Shown piece after piece: positions 61,721 through 64,000 of a stretch of 64,000 nucleotides of DNA. A program made the translations under genes and the position numbers. How positions within the stretch are numbered: position 1 is the first letter of the stretch; every line of letters begins with the position of its first letter. Under the pieces are notes generated by a model. The model worked only from the letters and a program-made list of their open reading frames with translations, had not been told where the DNA came from and did no database searches. The stretch is from Lama glama (taxonomy: Eukaryota): the NCBI GenBank assembly GCA_028534125.1, contig CM052832.1, forward strand, positions 14,758,001 through 14,822,000, read 5' to 3'.

Positions 61721-63639
61721 AGAGCTAATGGAGATGTTCCTTCCTCTCCCCAGAGCTCCTACACTGGGGCCATGTGAGGAGAGGCCAGCCTGTGGCCAAA
61801 CTGTTCTTGGAGTCCGGGAGCCCCGGACTGAGTGCTCCTGTGGCCTCCCTTCAGCTCTCTCGGACATAAGTAAGGGTGCTGGGGTCAGGGGCAGGCACCC
61901 TGGGCTGTGTGCCCACTGGTGCGACAGGGTGGGTGGGAAATGTGCCCTGGGAGGCCATTCTGGCGGGCTCCCGGCCCCAGAGTCTGGGGGCAACAAAGCA
62001 TTAGAGAGCAAGCAAAGACATACCCCAGGGACATATGAGACAGAAAAAATTAAGGAGATGGGGAACATAGCCTAGAGAAGGCAGGCCAGGAGCAGGGAGG
62101 TCAGGACCAGGCCTGAAGGATCTGGGAAAGGGACAGCTCCTTCCAGCTCTGGAGAAAAGAACCTGCCCTCCAGGCCTCACTAGCCCTGTTCGGCTGGGAT
62201 TGAGGCAGGCCGGGCTGTAGGAGGTGAAGCAGGACAGATGCCAGTGCTGGCCCCAGGCCCTGGTCAGAAGGAGGGTGCCAGGCTTAGAGAAGCAGGGGTC
62301 AGACGGTGACGCTGTTTGCACATTACTTGGCTGCTGGCATCTGGGCAGATCTGCACCCCTCACCCTACTCCTGCCACCCCGAGGCTCACACTCACCTCCT
62401 GAGCCCCTAACCCTAAAGTGGGAGGCCCCTTTGCCTTCAGTCAGCATGTGCAACTAACATTTGCGGAAGTGAATGAAGCCACATCAGCTTCTCAGAAAGT
62501 ATTCCCCAACCCCATCCCAGACCTGGGGACCCCTCCTCAGCCCCCGCACCGAGTCCTATCATGCCCAAGTGCCCAGGGAAGGGGACACTCCACGGTGCGG
62601 TGCTAGGATCCTGCAAAGGAACAGCCAAGCTCTCAGGGGGGCTGGAGGCAGAAGGGGGCAGACCCTGTGTGGCCCAGGGGCCCTGGATACACCCGAAGTT
62701 GCACACCCACCCCTTCCCACCTCAGGTGGGGTCTCCTCCCCACGCTAACCAAGGCTCTTTAGCTGAGTCCCAGGGACAACTCGGACACTGCTGCAGGCCC
62801 TCCTGCCCTCTCCTTGCCCAGAGCCAGGCAGTGCGGCCCAGGCCCAGCCCCACCTGCTCCTGAGCGGCAGGCAGAGGCTGCTCTGTGGAGCCTGAGCTCC
62901 CCCAGCAGCGGCGGGAGTCTGTCCCCAGGAGCAATGCAGCAAAGGGACAGAGAGAGGGGGAGGGAGGGCCACAGGCTCCCCCACCTGATCAGGGCCTGCT
63001 CTGCTGCACCCCAACATGGAGACCCTAGGCTTGCTGGGGTTGGGACAGGGGTCCTTTGGGAAATCTGGGGGAACTAGGTCTGCAGGGGGAATGAGGAGGG
63101 GAAGGGTCTGAGCTCAGGGGAGAAGAGATGGCTCCTCCCTGACGGGGGCTCTAAGCCGGGTGCCTGAGACCATGGTGGGTGGGCAGCAGGGAGGCTGCTG
63201 GGGTCAGGGGTGGGAGGTGGGTCTGCTGGTTCCAGCTGGCCGGGGCCTGGTAATGCCCTGCGTAGCGGTGCGGGACATCTCACTTCTTCCTCCCCCCACA
63301 AGCCTCAGCCTGGGGAGGAACCACACTGTGGGTTCTCAGAAGCTCCAGCCCCCTTGGCCCACTCTGCCCAGGGAAGGAGCATTTCTACAGTCAGGACCTG
63401 TGGCGGTGGAGAGGGAGTCAGAAGTGCAGAGGAGGAAAGGTAATGGGAGACAGTCCTCCTGATGAGGAGGACCCACATTCTGAAGAGGGCCAGGCTGGCT
63501 GCTCCGCACCAGGCCCACTGGCCCTGGCCCCTCTGGGCCCTGTGCTTGCTACCAGGTGCTGCTAGTAGGAAGGCAGGGGCAGACTCGGGGCCCCACTCTC
63601 CACGCAGCCTCTTCAAGCTGACCCCATCAGGATGCCTAC

Positions 63640-63960
63640 CTGGGCCTGTCTGGGTGCCAAGCCAGGGGCAAGTAGGAGGGCACTGTACCCGCTGGGCCAG
63701 GCCAGGGCTGGAGGGGCTGGCTGTCCTCCTCCTTCTCCGTAGTGGCGGGCGGGGAGGGGGCCTGGTGCCCGGGCAGGGGGCTCTGTCCTCTCGGGTTCTC
63801 TCCACTGCTTGCTCAGGAAGGCAGCAGCGCCAGAACTGCAGAAGCCAGCTCCCCGCCCCCCACCGCCGCCTTCTCCCTCTCCCTCCTCCCGACCCGCCTC
63901 CTTCTCCAGCCACCCACCTCCTTCTGCTGGTTTCTATGGCAACTGGGCAATGCTCACACA
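63640..63960 (-). promoter_or_regulatory. PACSIN1: Probable alternative promoter / non-coding first exon of PACSIN1
   Basis: CpG-enriched, with a GC box CCCCGCCCC (63851-63859) and an RFX X-box (63930-63943). No ATG on - between 63641 and 63960. Candidate donors are CAG|GTAGGC (exon end 63640) or CGG|GTACAG (63689). No transcript evidence. Confidence 0.45.
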
Positions 63961-64000
63961 GACAGCCTCCCTCCCGCGTACACCAGGGTATGCCCACCTT

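Noticed and set aside
63305..63997. 230-aa minus-strand ORF at the right edge as a PACSIN1 N-terminal extension or new gene
   Set aside because: Non-ATG start, and the G/R/P-rich translation reflects GC content. The in-frame TGA at 54877-54879 blocks any extension into the PACSIN1 frame.

Overview
This is GC-rich mammalian genomic DNA covering the ILRUN(C6orf106)-SPDEF-PACSIN1 neighbourhood. It is probably non-primate and non-rodent (no Alu/B1/B2 recognised), possibly laurasiatherian. Positions ~1-1350 look like the distal 3' UTR and poly(A) site of an upstream + strand gene, ILRUN by synteny. SPDEF is complete on +: promoter ~26.8 kb, non-coding exon 1, and five coding exons from 37017 to 43391 that sum to 1008 nt (335 aa, PNT/SAM and ETS domains), with a poly(A) signal at 43869. 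All nine coding exons of PACSIN1/syndapin I lie convergently on -, from 54837 to 49180, summing to 1335 nt (444 aa; F-BAR, two NPF motifs, SH3). PACSIN1 has a long 3' UTR with several candidate poly(A) signals and a probable alternative promoter/first exon at the right edge. The rest is intronic or intergenic DNA with old MIR, L2, L1, MaLR LTR and hAT-Charlie fragments. I found no convincing new protein-coding system. The most interesting signals are regulatory or structural: a perfect HNF1 palindrome in SPDEF intron 1, RFX X-box and CTCF motifs at two PACSIN1 CpG-rich elements, minimal uORFs in both genes, a run of unusual AG|GTGCC donors in PACSIN1, and a patchwork templated-insertion-like scar. 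Gene identities and repeat family names come from recalled sequence knowledge, not from a database search.
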